Positions 9,443 to 18,594 of a stretch of DNA of 64,000 bases are shown here, piece by piece. The DNA comes from Chloroflexota bacterium (GTDB lineage: Bacteria; Chloroflexota; Dehalococcoidia; JACPPT01): positions 2,826-66,825 of the forward strand of contig JACPPT010000058.1 of assembly GCA_016190815.1 (NCBI GenBank), written 5' to 3'. Position 1 is the first letter of the stretch, and the number at the start of each line of letters is the position of its first letter. The translations under genes were made by a program, and so were the position numbers. The notes beneath the pieces were generated by a model. The model was not told where the DNA came from. It worked only from the letters and a program-made list of their open reading frames with translations, and searched no databases.

Positions 9443-11071
9443 TTGGAAGTGCCCTTATACCCTTATAAGAGATTGGGGGTGAGAAAATTGAGCGGGATAA
9501 CCAAGTCGAGCGAAGGCATCACCATCGAGGTGATTCCACAGATAAAAGACCTGGTTCAGGATGTGGTTACGAGCTATATCAGAAGGTTACCTGGGATTCA
9601 GTATGCAGATATAAGGGTGGAGGTGGGTGAGGGCCAGGGAGCCTTTGCCGAAAACGGCAATGAGAAACACGCCGGCCGAGACTACAGCTTCGCCTTTGGC
9701 ATACGGGTTCTAGCTGGTAATAATGTAGTGGCTCCAGGATATTACGGGCAGCTAATAGGGGAATCAGATCGGGCGAACCTTGCCCGAATATTGAGAAAAG
9801 GTGTTCGCCATGCCCACAGGAGGGCTCTGGCAAACGCCGAGAGGAAAGCCCAGGCAAAAGGAAATTTTGTTTCTCTGGGCGAATCTCTTTACAGCACTCG
9901 TCTGGCTTCCATCGGTGTTCATCAGGATGTGGTTCCTGCGGAGTATGAGATAGACCCCCGCACAGTGCCTTTGCAGGATATAGCAAGCCATGCGAGAGAG
10001 GCGTCTAAGGCCCTTATGGGGCTGGATGGCCAGGTCAGGTTCAACGCCACAGGCATCTTTACTATGGTGACCAGAGAGCTCTTTTGCAGCTCCGAGGGCG
10101 CTAACATAGAACAAAGCTTTGCTCTGACCCAGGGCATGTCTTATGTTGTGGCTCAAGGCGAAAAAGGCAGCCAGGAACTTGTCGACTTCGTGGGGCATCA
10201 AAGGGGCTGGGAGGTGATATCCAAAGGGATAAACGAGCCTTACATTAAAGCCCCCAGTTTTCTGGACTTTTCCCTGAATCTGGGCAGGGATGCCATAGCC
10301 CTTGCCAACGCAGAGCCTCTCAAGACCACCGAGAAAGAGGTGGTTGTAGTAACAGACCCTCATTTCAACACCCTTTTGGTGCACGAAATCGTTGGGCATC
10401 CCACTGAGTTGGACAGGGCGCTGAAGATGGAAACAGCGTACGCAGGCAGGACCTGGCTCTTCAAGGATATGGGAAACAACCAGTTGGGGGAGCAAATAGC
10501 GTCTCCTTTGGTGGATGCCTTTTCTGACCCCTCCCTCCCCGGCTACGGCCATTACAAATATGACGACGAGGGCACGCCTGCCAAGAGGGTTGTCCATATA
10601 GAAAAAGGGGTGTTCAAAGGATTTATGAACAGCCGGCAGACTGCTGCCATCCTGGGGGTCGACCCCAACGGTTCCCTGAAGGCCTCGGAGGTATACCTTG
10701 TGCCTCTGATAAGGATGTCCAACACTGTTTTCGGATCTGGCGAAAGAGACCCCAGTGAGATCATTGGAGAGGTGGAGCACGGGTATTACCTTGTGGGACA
10801 TCGCATACCCTCCATCTCCGAGTCCAGGGAGAACTTCCGCGCCTCGTCGATGAAAGTCTATGAAATAAGAAACGGTGAGATTGGTAGACTTTTCCGAAAT
10901 GGCGGCATAATGGCCGATTCGAAGAGCTTTTTGATGGCTGTAGATGCTGTTGGAAACGACTTCACGCTATACCCTATACCCAACTGCGGGAAGGGCCAGC
11001 CAATGCAGGTCAAGAGGCTGGGTAATGGTGGCCCCACGATGCGCAGCCGGGCAAGACTTGCGGGGGTTTGA
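9443..11071 (+). CDS. tldD: TldD-type metalloprotease
   Basis: HEIVGHPTELD (HExxxH) motif at TldD/PmbA family length. The track start TTG-9443 abuts the predicted -10 box, so the real start may be GTG-9479 or TTG-9488. Confidence 0.8.
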   Translation: MEVPLYPYKRLGVRKLSGITKSSEGITIEVIPQIKDLVQDVVTSYIRRLPGIQYADIRVEVGEGQGAFAENGNEKHAGRDYSFAFGIRVLAGNNVVAPGYYGQLIGESDRANLARILRKGVRHAHRRALANAERKAQAKGNFVSLGESLYSTRLASIGVHQDVVPAEYEIDPRTVPLQDIASHAREASKALMGLDGQVRFNATGIFTMVTRELFCSSEGANIEQSFALTQGMSYVVAQGEKGSQELVDFVGHQRGWEVISKGINEPYIKAPSFLDFSLNLGRDAIALANAEPLKTTEKEVVVVTDPHFNTLLVHEIVGHPTELDRALKMETAYAGRTWLFKDMGNNQLGEQIASPLVDAFSDPSLPGYGHYKYDDEGTPAKRVVHIEKGVFKGFMNSRQTAAILGVDPNGSLKASEVYLVPLIRMSNTVFGSGERDPSEIIGEVEHGYYLVGHRIPSISESRENFRASSMKVYEIRNGEIGRLFRNGGIMADSKSFLMAVDAVGNDFTLYPIPNCGKGQPMQVKRLGNGGPTMRSRARLAGV

Positions 11072-11075
11072 GAAG

Positions 11076-12626
11076 ATGATAGCACTAGAGAAGCTTCGTA
11101 GGTCTGTAGAGGAGGCGCTGGCATATCTAAAGACCCTGGAGGACATTAGAGAGATAGAGGTATTTGCCTCCTGCAACGGGAATCTCACTACAAGGCTCAA
11201 TTATACCTCTCACATACCCTGCAACGGCGTAGAGGAGCCCAAGTCCACTGAATCCTACGGCCTGGGTATCAGGGCAGTTTTCAATACAGATGAGGGCATT
11301 AAGACGGGCTTTGGCTCAGAGCCTTCAAACCTTTCATTGGAGGGGGTGAGGAGAGCCCTGGAAAAGGCCAGGCGGGGGGCAGTGCGTGACCCCGAGTTTC
11401 ACTCCATCCCGCGCCTATCTAAAGAGTTGAAAAAAACCCCGAGGAAGTATCACGACCCACACCTCATGGACTTGCGAGACGAGGATCTTGTTGATGCGGG
11501 CTGGCGAGTGATCAACAAGGCTTTGGAAACCTTCTCGGCCTCGGAGGGGCTTTTGCTTGCCGCAGGTGACAAGAGCAGGCTGAAATCCATGGGGCTGATT
11601 TTAGGCGGAGACGTAACCTTCCTTCAGGAGAGGATCGCTATAGGCTCCTCTAACTTTCCCAGGGTTCAAACGGATGAGTCGACCCTTGTAATGTCTTTCG
11701 TAACTGCTATGGTGGAGTCGGCCGATGCCAAGGGCAGTGGCTGGTCAACGGGGACCCACCTCCAGGACTTCACTGGTGAGGCAGGCAGAGAGGCAGCCCT
11801 TAACGCAGTCAAGGCTATGGGGGGCCGGAGGGTGAAGACGGGCGAATACACCGTCATATTCGGTAGACAGCCTGTAGCAGACTTGCTCAACAACATCATT
11901 CTGCCTTCTCTAACTACAAGTATGTTTTATAACGCCAGCTCTGCCTTCTTGGGCAAGTTTGGCAAGAAGGTCGCTTCTGAAATGCTCTCCATCTATGACC
12001 ACGGGGCTGCTCCCGGCATGGCGGGCAGCAAAGGCATCACCTGCGAGGGATTACCCACGGGTAAGACCGAGCTCATAAAGAATGGGGTGTTGGTGGGGCT
12101 CCTCTCCAACTACTATGAAACGCAGCGGATTCTGTCTGACCCCAGAGGGAAAGAGAAGCTTGGCGTTGACCCCAGGGAATACGCTTCGGCTCTAGTGCCG
12201 AGAAACGGCTTCAGGTTTAGACTTGGAGGTGGCAGACACTTCGACACACCTCCTGTAATAGCCGCTACCAACGCCTTTGTGGATGGCAGCGACAGCACTG
12301 AGCTAAAGAGCCTGATAGGGCAGGTCCAAAATGGGATCTATATAGGCAGGATATGGTACACCTACCCAATAAATGGACTTCGGGCAGGCGATTTCACATG
12401 CACCGTGATAGGGGACTCTTATATCATAAAGGATGGCGCTCTTTCGGTCCCTCTGAAACCCAATACCATTCGTATAAACGACAACATTCACAACATACTG
12501 AACAATATCACTGGCGTCACCAAAGATAAGAGGGGCACTGTGGTTTGGGCCGCTGATGAGATCATATATGCCCCTGAAGTAGCCGTTAGCAAGGTTAGAG
12601 TGGACGAGATAGCTATACCCTCATAA
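11076..12626 (+). CDS. PmbA-like TldD/PmbA-family partner protein
   Basis: Paralogue of the upstream gene without HExxH. ATG 11076 lies 5 nt after the tldD stop. The track's earlier start (10944) overlaps tldD out of frame. Confidence 0.75.
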   Translation: MIALEKLRRSVEEALAYLKTLEDIREIEVFASCNGNLTTRLNYTSHIPCNGVEEPKSTESYGLGIRAVFNTDEGIKTGFGSEPSNLSLEGVRRALEKARRGAVRDPEFHSIPRLSKELKKTPRKYHDPHLMDLRDEDLVDAGWRVINKALETFSASEGLLLAAGDKSRLKSMGLILGGDVTFLQERIAIGSSNFPRVQTDESTLVMSFVTAMVESADAKGSGWSTGTHLQDFTGEAGREAALNAVKAMGGRRVKTGEYTVIFGRQPVADLLNNIILPSLTTSMFYNASSAFLGKFGKKVASEMLSIYDHGAAPGMAGSKGITCEGLPTGKTELIKNGVLVGLLSNYYETQRILSDPRGKEKLGVDPREYASALVPRNGFRFRLGGGRHFDTPPVIAATNAFVDGSDSTELKSLIGQVQNGIYIGRIWYTYPINGLRAGDFTCTVIGDSYIIKDGALSVPLKPNTIRINDNIHNILNNITGVTKDKRGTVVWAADEIIYAPEVAVSKVRVDEIAIPS

Positions 12627-12704
12627 TGGGATGGGCTGATTGGAGGCATGGGCCAGATACAGCCATAAATATATCTGTGCACCTATTCACACATAGCTCT
12701 CTAT

Positions 12705-13295
12705 GTGGTATTATCTGAAGGGTTTCAGTTTGGGGTGTTTTCCTTTGAGGAGTGGTTCTTGGAACTGCTAGACGTAGCAAGGATAATCCTCCGCTGGGTG
12801 CATGCAATAGCGGCTGTGACGTGGGTGGGAGGAATAATATTTTACATTGTGGCTCTGGAGCCATCCCTGCAAAGCATTGATATGTCTCTCTCCAAGGGAG
12901 AGCTGGAGAAGAGTCTGGGAAGGGCATTTAGGGAGCTGGTGGAGATAAGCATTATGGTGCTTTCGGTAACTGGGGTTCTCCTCACCGTCGATCGGCTTTC
13001 CCAGGGTGGAGTAACGGCAACATATGTTGTTATCCTTGGTGTAAAGGTTGTGGCCTCGGCAGCCATGTTCTTTATGGCAAGGGAGATGAATCGCAGAGGG
13101 GCACCAATTGTTAGTCTTAGAGAGAATTCTCCAACTGGGGCCGTCCGCCAGGGTGAGGTGAGATTGCCCATGGGCATTCGGAGCAGGATTTGGGCTCCTT
13201 CTCGGCTCTTGCTATACTTGGGGCTTTTGATATTTCTTCTTGCGATAGCTTTAAGGGCCACTTTTGAGAGCAATCTAAAGGCGGGCTTGGGGTAA
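12705..13295 (+). CDS. Hypothetical polytopic membrane protein preceding ccmE
   Basis: 4-5 predicted TM helices. Helix 1 (RWVHAIAAVTWVGGIIFY) is reminiscent of CopD/HemJ-type first helices, but no confident family call. GTG start uncertain. Confidence 0.45.
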   Translation: MVLSEGFQFGVFSFEEWFLELLDVARIILRWVHAIAAVTWVGGIIFYIVALEPSLQSIDMSLSKGELEKSLGRAFRELVEISIMVLSVTGVLLTVDRLSQGGVTATYVVILGVKVVASAAMFFMAREMNRRGAPIVSLRENSPTGAVRQGEVRLPMGIRSRIWAPSRLLLYLGLLIFLLAIALRATFESNLKAGLG

Positions 13296-13324
13296 ATGTG
13301 CGGTTGGTATGTTAAGGAGGAGCT

Positions 13325-13804
13325 GTGGTTGAGAGCGAGATTGCTAGCGTAGAACCTGTTGCCAAGCAAGGCAGGCGGACGAGCCGAAAGCTCATTGTAG
13401 TTGGGCTTCTGCTGGTCGTGGCTATAGGATACCTGTTTGCAGTAAGTATCCCGAAGTTCATGAGCTACTATATGACCCTGGATGAGCTTAAGGCCAAGGG
13501 AAACGCTGCCTACAACGAGAAATTGAGGGTGGGCGCTCGTGTGACCATCGGCTCTATAGAGAAAGACGTCAAGGCGGGGACGCTTAGATTCATCATTTCC
13601 CAGGGAGAAGATTCGCTGCCTGTGGTCTATACCGGGAGAATGGGCCAGGTGCCTGATATATTTGGGGATGACATAGAGGTAGTCGTGGAGGGCAAGTACT
13701 TGCCCTCGGGGATATTCGAAGCCTACAAGATCGAGGCCAAGTGCCCGTCCAAGATGACCGCTAAGCTGGAGACTGCTGAGGGTGGGGGACAGGGGGGCAA
13801 GTAA
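13325..13804 (+). CDS. ccmE: Cytochrome c maturation heme chaperone CcmE (Cys-type variant)
   Basis: N-terminal anchor, OB-fold core (KLRVGARVTIGSIEKD...IEVVVEGK) and a C-terminal segment EAKCPSKM that aligns to E. coli LAKHDENY. AAGGAGG sits 4 nt before GTG 13325. Confidence 0.85.
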   Translation: MVESEIASVEPVAKQGRRTSRKLIVVGLLLVVAIGYLFAVSIPKFMSYYMTLDELKAKGNAAYNEKLRVGARVTIGSIEKDVKAGTLRFIISQGEDSLPVVYTGRMGQVPDIFGDDIEVVVEGKYLPSGIFEAYKIEAKCPSKMTAKLETAEGGGQGGK

Positions 13805-13810
13805 GATCCG

Positions 13811-15808
13811 ATGAGCATAACAGACGTGGGCTATGTAGCCGTTCTTCTTTCCCTTGTCGTTGCTTTTTATTCCGGGGTGGCGGCTATTGTCAGCGCCAGA
13901 AGGGGCCTGGAGGAGCTGGAAGCGAGCGCCCGAAATGGCGTCTTCGCCATCGCTGGCTTGCTCTCTGTAGCCGGTTTCCTTCTATTCTATGCCTTTTTCT
14001 CCCATGACTTTGGCGTTCGCTACGTATATGTCAATGCAACCCGGGATATGCCCTGGTATCTCAAATTATCGGCGTTTTGGGGTGGCCAGGAGGGCTCCCT
14101 CCTGTTCTGGGCCTGGGGTCTTTCCATTTTTACCGCAGTGGTCATTTGGCAAAATCTAAGGCGCAACAGGGAGTTCATGCCCTATGTGATTGCCGTTCTA
14201 ATGGCAATTCAGAGCTTCTTCCTTGTGGTCCTGGGCTTTGTTTCCAACCCCTTTGAGCGCCTTCCCTTTAGCCCCCTCGACGGACAGGGCCTCAACCCCC
14301 TTCTAAGGGATGCAGGAATGCTGGGCCATCCACCATTCCTCCTGGCCGGCTATATGAGCTGGTCCATACCCTTTGCTTTCGCTATAGCAGCCCTTCTGAC
14401 AGGTAAGCCTGGCGCAGAGTGGATAAGGGCCGTACGTCATTACACCCTGGTAGCCTGGGCTGTCTTGTGGATAGGGCTCCTTTTCGGCGCATGGTGGGCC
14501 TACCATGTGCTGGGTTGGGGTGGTTACTGGGGCTGGGACCCAGTGGAGAACGTGGCTCTCATGCCCTGGCTCATGGGCACTGCCTTTCTCCATTCTATTA
14601 TTGTGCAGGAGAGGAGGGGCATGCTCAAGGTGTGGAACTTCGTCCTGATCATTCTAACCTTTGCCCTCTCTATATTTGGAACCTTTGTCGTGAGGAGCGG
14701 TGTTCTCTCATCGGTGCATGCCTTCGCCAAGTCCGCCATAGGCCCCTTGTTCTTCTTGTTCCTTGCAGTAATCCTCGTCTTTTCCCTGGCTCTGCTCTTC
14801 ACGAGGCTATCATCGCTTCGTTCGGAGCAGACCTTCGATGCTCTCGTTTCCAGGGAGTCCAGCTTTCTGCTGAACAATTTGCTTCTAGTGGGTATTACCT
14901 TCGCGGTTTTCTGGGGGAGCATATTGCCTCTGGTCTCTGAGGCCGTGAGAGGTGTTAAGCTAACTGTAGGGCCTCCCTTCTTCATTCAGGTAGCTGGCCC
15001 CCTCTTTCTTGCCCTGATGCTGCTTTTGGGTATATGTCCTCTGCTGGCGTGGAGAGCTGTTACATGGGCGACTCTCTGGCGCAACTTTCGCTGGCTTCTC
15101 CTGGGAACCCTGGTTGTAGCTGGGGTGCTCCCCTTTGTGGGGGTGCGTAATCCCTGGGCCATTGTAGCATACTCGGCATCTGCTTTTGCGTTGGCCAGCA
15201 TAATTCTGGAGTACTACCGGGGGGTGAGGGCCAGGCGTCGCTTCAGTGGCGAAGGGTATCCAAAGGCCCTGTCCACCCTGGTCTCTCGTAACAAGCGGAG
15301 GTACGGTGGCTATATCATCCATCTAGGTGTGGTCATAATGGCAGTGGGCATAATAGGCTCCCTCATGTTCCAGAAGGTGCGGGAGGCAACTCTATCGGCG
15401 GGAGAATCCATGAGCATAGGTGGCTATACCATTACCTACAACGGGAACGCCGAGGTCTTCATGCCAGGACACCAGATGATACAGGCAAAGCTGGACGTAT
15501 TGCAGGGTGAGAAAAAGGTTGGAGAGATGGGGCCCGGGAAGAGCATCTATCGGAACTACGAGAACCAGCCTGTCTCTCGAATAGCAATTCGAAGTGGTTT
15601 AGGTGAGGACCTTTATATCGTTCTGGCTGGCTATGAGGGCAACAGTTTAGCGACCCTCACTGTCTTTGTCAACCCTTTGGTAGCATGGGTCTGGATTGGC
15701 GGAGTGGTCCTACTGTTGGGCACCCTGGTGGCGGGCTGGCCGGAGCTTCAAGCCAGGGCTGTGCCTGTTCGTCGCCCTGTGAGGAGGGTGGTGGCAAGTG
15801 AAGCTTAG
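13811..15808 (+). CDS. ccmF: Cytochrome c heme lyase subunit CcmF
   Basis: 665-aa polytopic protein with WGGYWGWDPVENVALMPW (WWD heme-handling motif). Confidence 0.9.
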   Translation: MSITDVGYVAVLLSLVVAFYSGVAAIVSARRGLEELEASARNGVFAIAGLLSVAGFLLFYAFFSHDFGVRYVYVNATRDMPWYLKLSAFWGGQEGSLLFWAWGLSIFTAVVIWQNLRRNREFMPYVIAVLMAIQSFFLVVLGFVSNPFERLPFSPLDGQGLNPLLRDAGMLGHPPFLLAGYMSWSIPFAFAIAALLTGKPGAEWIRAVRHYTLVAWAVLWIGLLFGAWWAYHVLGWGGYWGWDPVENVALMPWLMGTAFLHSIIVQERRGMLKVWNFVLIILTFALSIFGTFVVRSGVLSSVHAFAKSAIGPLFFLFLAVILVFSLALLFTRLSSLRSEQTFDALVSRESSFLLNNLLLVGITFAVFWGSILPLVSEAVRGVKLTVGPPFFIQVAGPLFLALMLLLGICPLLAWRAVTWATLWRNFRWLLLGTLVVAGVLPFVGVRNPWAIVAYSASAFALASIILEYYRGVRARRRFSGEGYPKALSTLVSRNKRRYGGYIIHLGVVIMAVGIIGSLMFQKVREATLSAGESMSIGGYTITYNGNAEVFMPGHQMIQAKLDVLQGEKKVGEMGPGKSIYRNYENQPVSRIAIRSGLGEDLYIVLAGYEGNSLATLTVFVNPLVAWVWIGGVVLLLGTLVAGWPELQARAVPVRRPVRRVVASEA

Positions 15809-16280
15809 GGCTATTTCAGTCTTTGCCGCTCTGTTTATGGCTCTTGTTCTATGGGGGATGGCTCAGGCTCAATCTATAGATGAGAAGGTTCGGGATGTAG
15901 CTCAGGCCCTAGAGTGCCCCGTATGTGAGAACCTCTCGGTGGCAGATTCCCCCTCGGACCTCGCTCAGGAGATGAAGGCTCTCATAAGGGAAAAGCTGGA
16001 GCAGGGTCAGTCCAAGGAGGAGATCCTCCAGTATTTTGTCAGTCGCTACGGCGAGGAGATACTTAGAGACCCCCCAAAAACAGGGTTTGGTCTTGTGGTG
16101 TGGTGGGGTCCCGTTGCAGGGCTGGCCATAGGGGCTGGCGTTATTTACCTGTTTTTTAGGGAGTTATCCAGGAAGAGAGGGGCGCAGGTGCAGTTGCCTG
16201 AACCATCGGAGGAAGATGTTCGAAAATACGGGAAGCGCCTCGAAGAGGAGCTAGGCAAGCAGGGAGGGAAGCCCATTTGA
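15798..16280 (+). CDS. ccmH: Cytochrome c maturation thiol-oxidoreductase CcmH
   Basis: Signal/anchor, LECPVCENLSVADS (CxxC), ...RYGEEIL, and a C-terminal TM. The start overlaps ccmF by 11 nt. Confidence 0.85.
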   Translation: MKLRAISVFAALFMALVLWGMAQAQSIDEKVRDVAQALECPVCENLSVADSPSDLAQEMKALIREKLEQGQSKEEILQYFVSRYGEEILRDPPKTGFGLVVWWGPVAGLAIGAGVIYLFFRELSRKRGAQVQLPEPSEEDVRKYGKRLEEELGKQGGKPI

Positions 16281-16639
16281 GCCTCTTTTTTGCCGTGGCT
16301 CTAGTTGCCGTTACATTGACCCTTGTTGCCTATCCCTTGTTCGTGCCAGGAGGCAGACGCAGGCCCGAGCGTGCAGGTGATAGCAGGATGCACGAACTTC
16401 TGAACTTGAAGGAGACGATCCTCTCTGCTATAAGTGAACTGGACTTCGATTACAACCTGGGCAATCTGGCTGAGGAGGACTACCGAGAGCTACGCAGGAG
16501 GTACGAGCACCGGGCAGTGACTGTCCTTAAGTCCATAGACGAGCTGAAGCAGAGCTTGGATGAGGAAATAGAGAAGGAGGTCAGGGCAATTAGAGAGGCC
16601 AAGCCCACAATCCACAGGAAGAGAAGGGGAACAGGATGA
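16277..16639 (+). CDS. Hypothetical single-TM protein with CcmI-loop-like helix motif
   Basis: 120 aa: an N-terminal TM helix, then a charged helix with ELDFDYNLGNLAEEDYRELRRRY. TTGA overlap with ccmH and ATGA overlap with the next gene. Confidence 0.5.
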   Translation: MSLFFAVALVAVTLTLVAYPLFVPGGRRRPERAGDSRMHELLNLKETILSAISELDFDYNLGNLAEEDYRELRRRYEHRAVTVLKSIDELKQSLDEEIEKEVRAIREAKPTIHRKRRGTG

Positions 16640-17850
16640 AAGCTGCGCGGCTTTTCACCATAACCCTGGTGCTGTTTCTGCTTTTCATTGCTAATTCTGC
16701 CGGTGCAGCAGCGCAGGGAAATGGAGTCGTCGAAGGCAAGCTAACAAACGGCTCTTCGGGTGGAGATAAGGTGGGTGTAGTTCCGGTAACCCTGTATGTG
16801 ATAAAGGGTAACCAGATCGAAGAGGCGGGCCGGGGGAGTACTGACGGAGACGGAAAATTTGGCTTTGAAGGGCTTGATACCTCGCCCGATTATATCTACT
16901 GGGTTTCTGCCAAATACAGGGATGTTGACTATGAAAGCGAAGAGTTCTCTCTGGACGGTGATGGGAAAAAGACTGTCGATTTGGTGGTATACGAAAAGAC
17001 TACCGATGTCAGTGCCATAAAGCTGGCGGCAGTGAATCTGGCCATAATGGGTGCAGAGGAGACCGGCATACTTAGCATCCTGGAAGTGATTACATTCAGC
17101 AACACCTCGGACAAAACCTACGTGTCTGATGGGAAGTCTGAGACTGTAAGGTTGCCTCTGGCCTCGCAGGCTTATGACTTTGTTCTGGGCCATGGCCTTA
17201 GCATAGAAAGTGTATTTCCTGTGGAAGGAGGCTTTGCAACTGCCCAGCCGATTTACCCGGGGGAAGGTCAGATAATCTTTGCTTACAAGGTAAATTACTC
17301 CTCCACAAAATACAACTTACAAAAGTCCTTTTTGTATCCGGTGGAGGGATTTAGTCTTTTCGTACCTGATGTGGGCATTCGAGCTGAAAGCAGCCTGCTT
17401 ACCTCAGCCGGGAGTATGGAGCTGGAGGGCAGGCGTTATCAGGTATTTACAGGAGAAGACATCAAGCCTGGAAGTCAGCTAAGCATAACCTTTTCCAAAC
17501 TACCCCGAACAGGCCAGCCCTGGATATCTGGCTTGAGCACCCTGCAAAAAGGGCTTGCGATGGGGCTGATGGTTGTGGTAGCGGCAGCCGTCATAGGCTA
17601 TGTCTATTTTTCTAGAAGGAGAAGACTCGTTCCAGTTGCCGAAGAAGGCGTTCTGACGGAAGAAGTTGCCCTGCCCGTAGAGGAACTGGAGCAGGAAAGG
17701 CGGAGCCTTCTTGAGTCCATTGCTCGCTTGGATGAGGACTTCGAGGCTGGAAACATCCTGGAGAAGGAATACCACGAGCAAAGGTCTATGGCAAAACAAC
17801 GACTCTTGGACGTGATTCAACAGCTACGGGGTGGGGAGGAGGAGCCCTGA
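16636..17850 (+). CDS. Hypothetical secreted/anchored beta-rich protein with cytoplasmic CcmI-loop-like tail
   Basis: Signal peptide (ANSAGAAA/QG), carboxypeptidase-regulatory-like start (GVVEGKLTNG...DGDGKFGFEGL), TM LAMGLMVVVAAAVIGYVYF + SRRRR, then a tail with RLDEDFEAGNILEKEYHEQR. Confidence 0.55.
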   Translation: MKAARLFTITLVLFLLFIANSAGAAAQGNGVVEGKLTNGSSGGDKVGVVPVTLYVIKGNQIEEAGRGSTDGDGKFGFEGLDTSPDYIYWVSAKYRDVDYESEEFSLDGDGKKTVDLVVYEKTTDVSAIKLAAVNLAIMGAEETGILSILEVITFSNTSDKTYVSDGKSETVRLPLASQAYDFVLGHGLSIESVFPVEGGFATAQPIYPGEGQIIFAYKVNYSSTKYNLQKSFLYPVEGFSLFVPDVGIRAESSLLTSAGSMELEGRRYQVFTGEDIKPGSQLSITFSKLPRTGQPWISGLSTLQKGLAMGLMVVVAAAVIGYVYFSRRRRLVPVAEEGVLTEEVALPVEELEQERRSLLESIARLDEDFEAGNILEKEYHEQRSMAKQRLLDVIQQLRGGEEEP

Positions 17851-18584
17851 TGATAGGAGCACAGGGTTTCAAAGGGAAGAGCATCCAGGCTTCGCTACTT
17901 GCCAAATCCTTCGGCTCAATACATGCTCTTCGTGAGGTAAACCTTGAAGTAGGGGCTGGAGAGAAGGTAGCCATTTTCGGCCCCAATGGGTCCGGAAAGA
18001 CAACGCTCATAAAGGTTATGGCTACTATAATGCGGCCTTCGTCGGGTAGGTTGCATATCGCAGGTATGAACCCCGGGGAAAACGGGCATGATGTGCGAAG
18101 ACTCATAGGTGTTGTATCCCACAACACCTATTTATACGATGACCTAGCGGTGGAGGAGAACCTGGCTTTCTACGGGCGGATGTACGGAGTCGAGAACGTC
18201 AAAGCGCGCATAACGAACGGCTTGCGGAGGGTTGGCCTTGAACGTCGGAGCAGAGACAGGGTTAGGACCCTCTCCAGGGGTATGCAGCAACGCCTTTCCA
18301 TTGCTAGGGCTACACTACACGAGCCGCCCATACTTCTTCTGGATGAACCTGACACAGGGCTGGACGAGGCTGGTCAGGCTCAGCTCTGGGAGATGCTTAC
18401 CTCTGGGTACGCCGATGAGCCTACGGTCGTTATGACAACCCATAATCTGAAATTGGGGATGTCCCTTTGCAGCAGGTGGACTGTTCTTGTCGATGGGGAA
18501 ATAGTTTCGGAGGTTGCTAAGGAGAACAGCAGTAGTGAGAGCTTTCAGGCGCTCTATAGACGTTACGCCGGGGCTGGGACGTAG
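17850..18584 (+). CDS. ccmA: Heme exporter ABC ATPase CcmA
   Basis: Walker A GPNGSGKTT, signature LSRGMQQR, Walker B LLLDEP. Sits next to ccmB/ccmC. Confidence 0.85.
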   Translation: MIGAQGFKGKSIQASLLAKSFGSIHALREVNLEVGAGEKVAIFGPNGSGKTTLIKVMATIMRPSSGRLHIAGMNPGENGHDVRRLIGVVSHNTYLYDDLAVEENLAFYGRMYGVENVKARITNGLRRVGLERRSRDRVRTLSRGMQQRLSIARATLHEPPILLLDEPDTGLDEAGQAQLWEMLTSGYADEPTVVMTTHNLKLGMSLCSRWTVLVDGEIVSEVAKENSSSESFQALYRRYAGAGT

Positions 18585-18594
18585 CTTTGTTGCT

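Noticed and set aside
9764-10801. 345-aa minus-strand ORF
   Set aside because: It lies entirely antisense to tldD, which has the HExxxH motif and family length. Its own sequence is Pro/Gly/His/Arg-rich with no motif, so it is a shadow ORF.
10944-11075. Upstream 44 codons of the PmbA-like ORF
   Set aside because: They overlap tldD out of frame. ATG 11076 directly follows the tldD stop and begins the conserved N-terminus.
17500-17514. LPRTG sortase-like motif in the 404-aa ccm-embedded protein
   Set aside because: A hydrophobic segment and an SRRRR follow it, as in sorting signals. However, about 75 further residues follow the basic patch, which is atypical for sortase substrates. It is probably coincidental and is noted only as a caveat.
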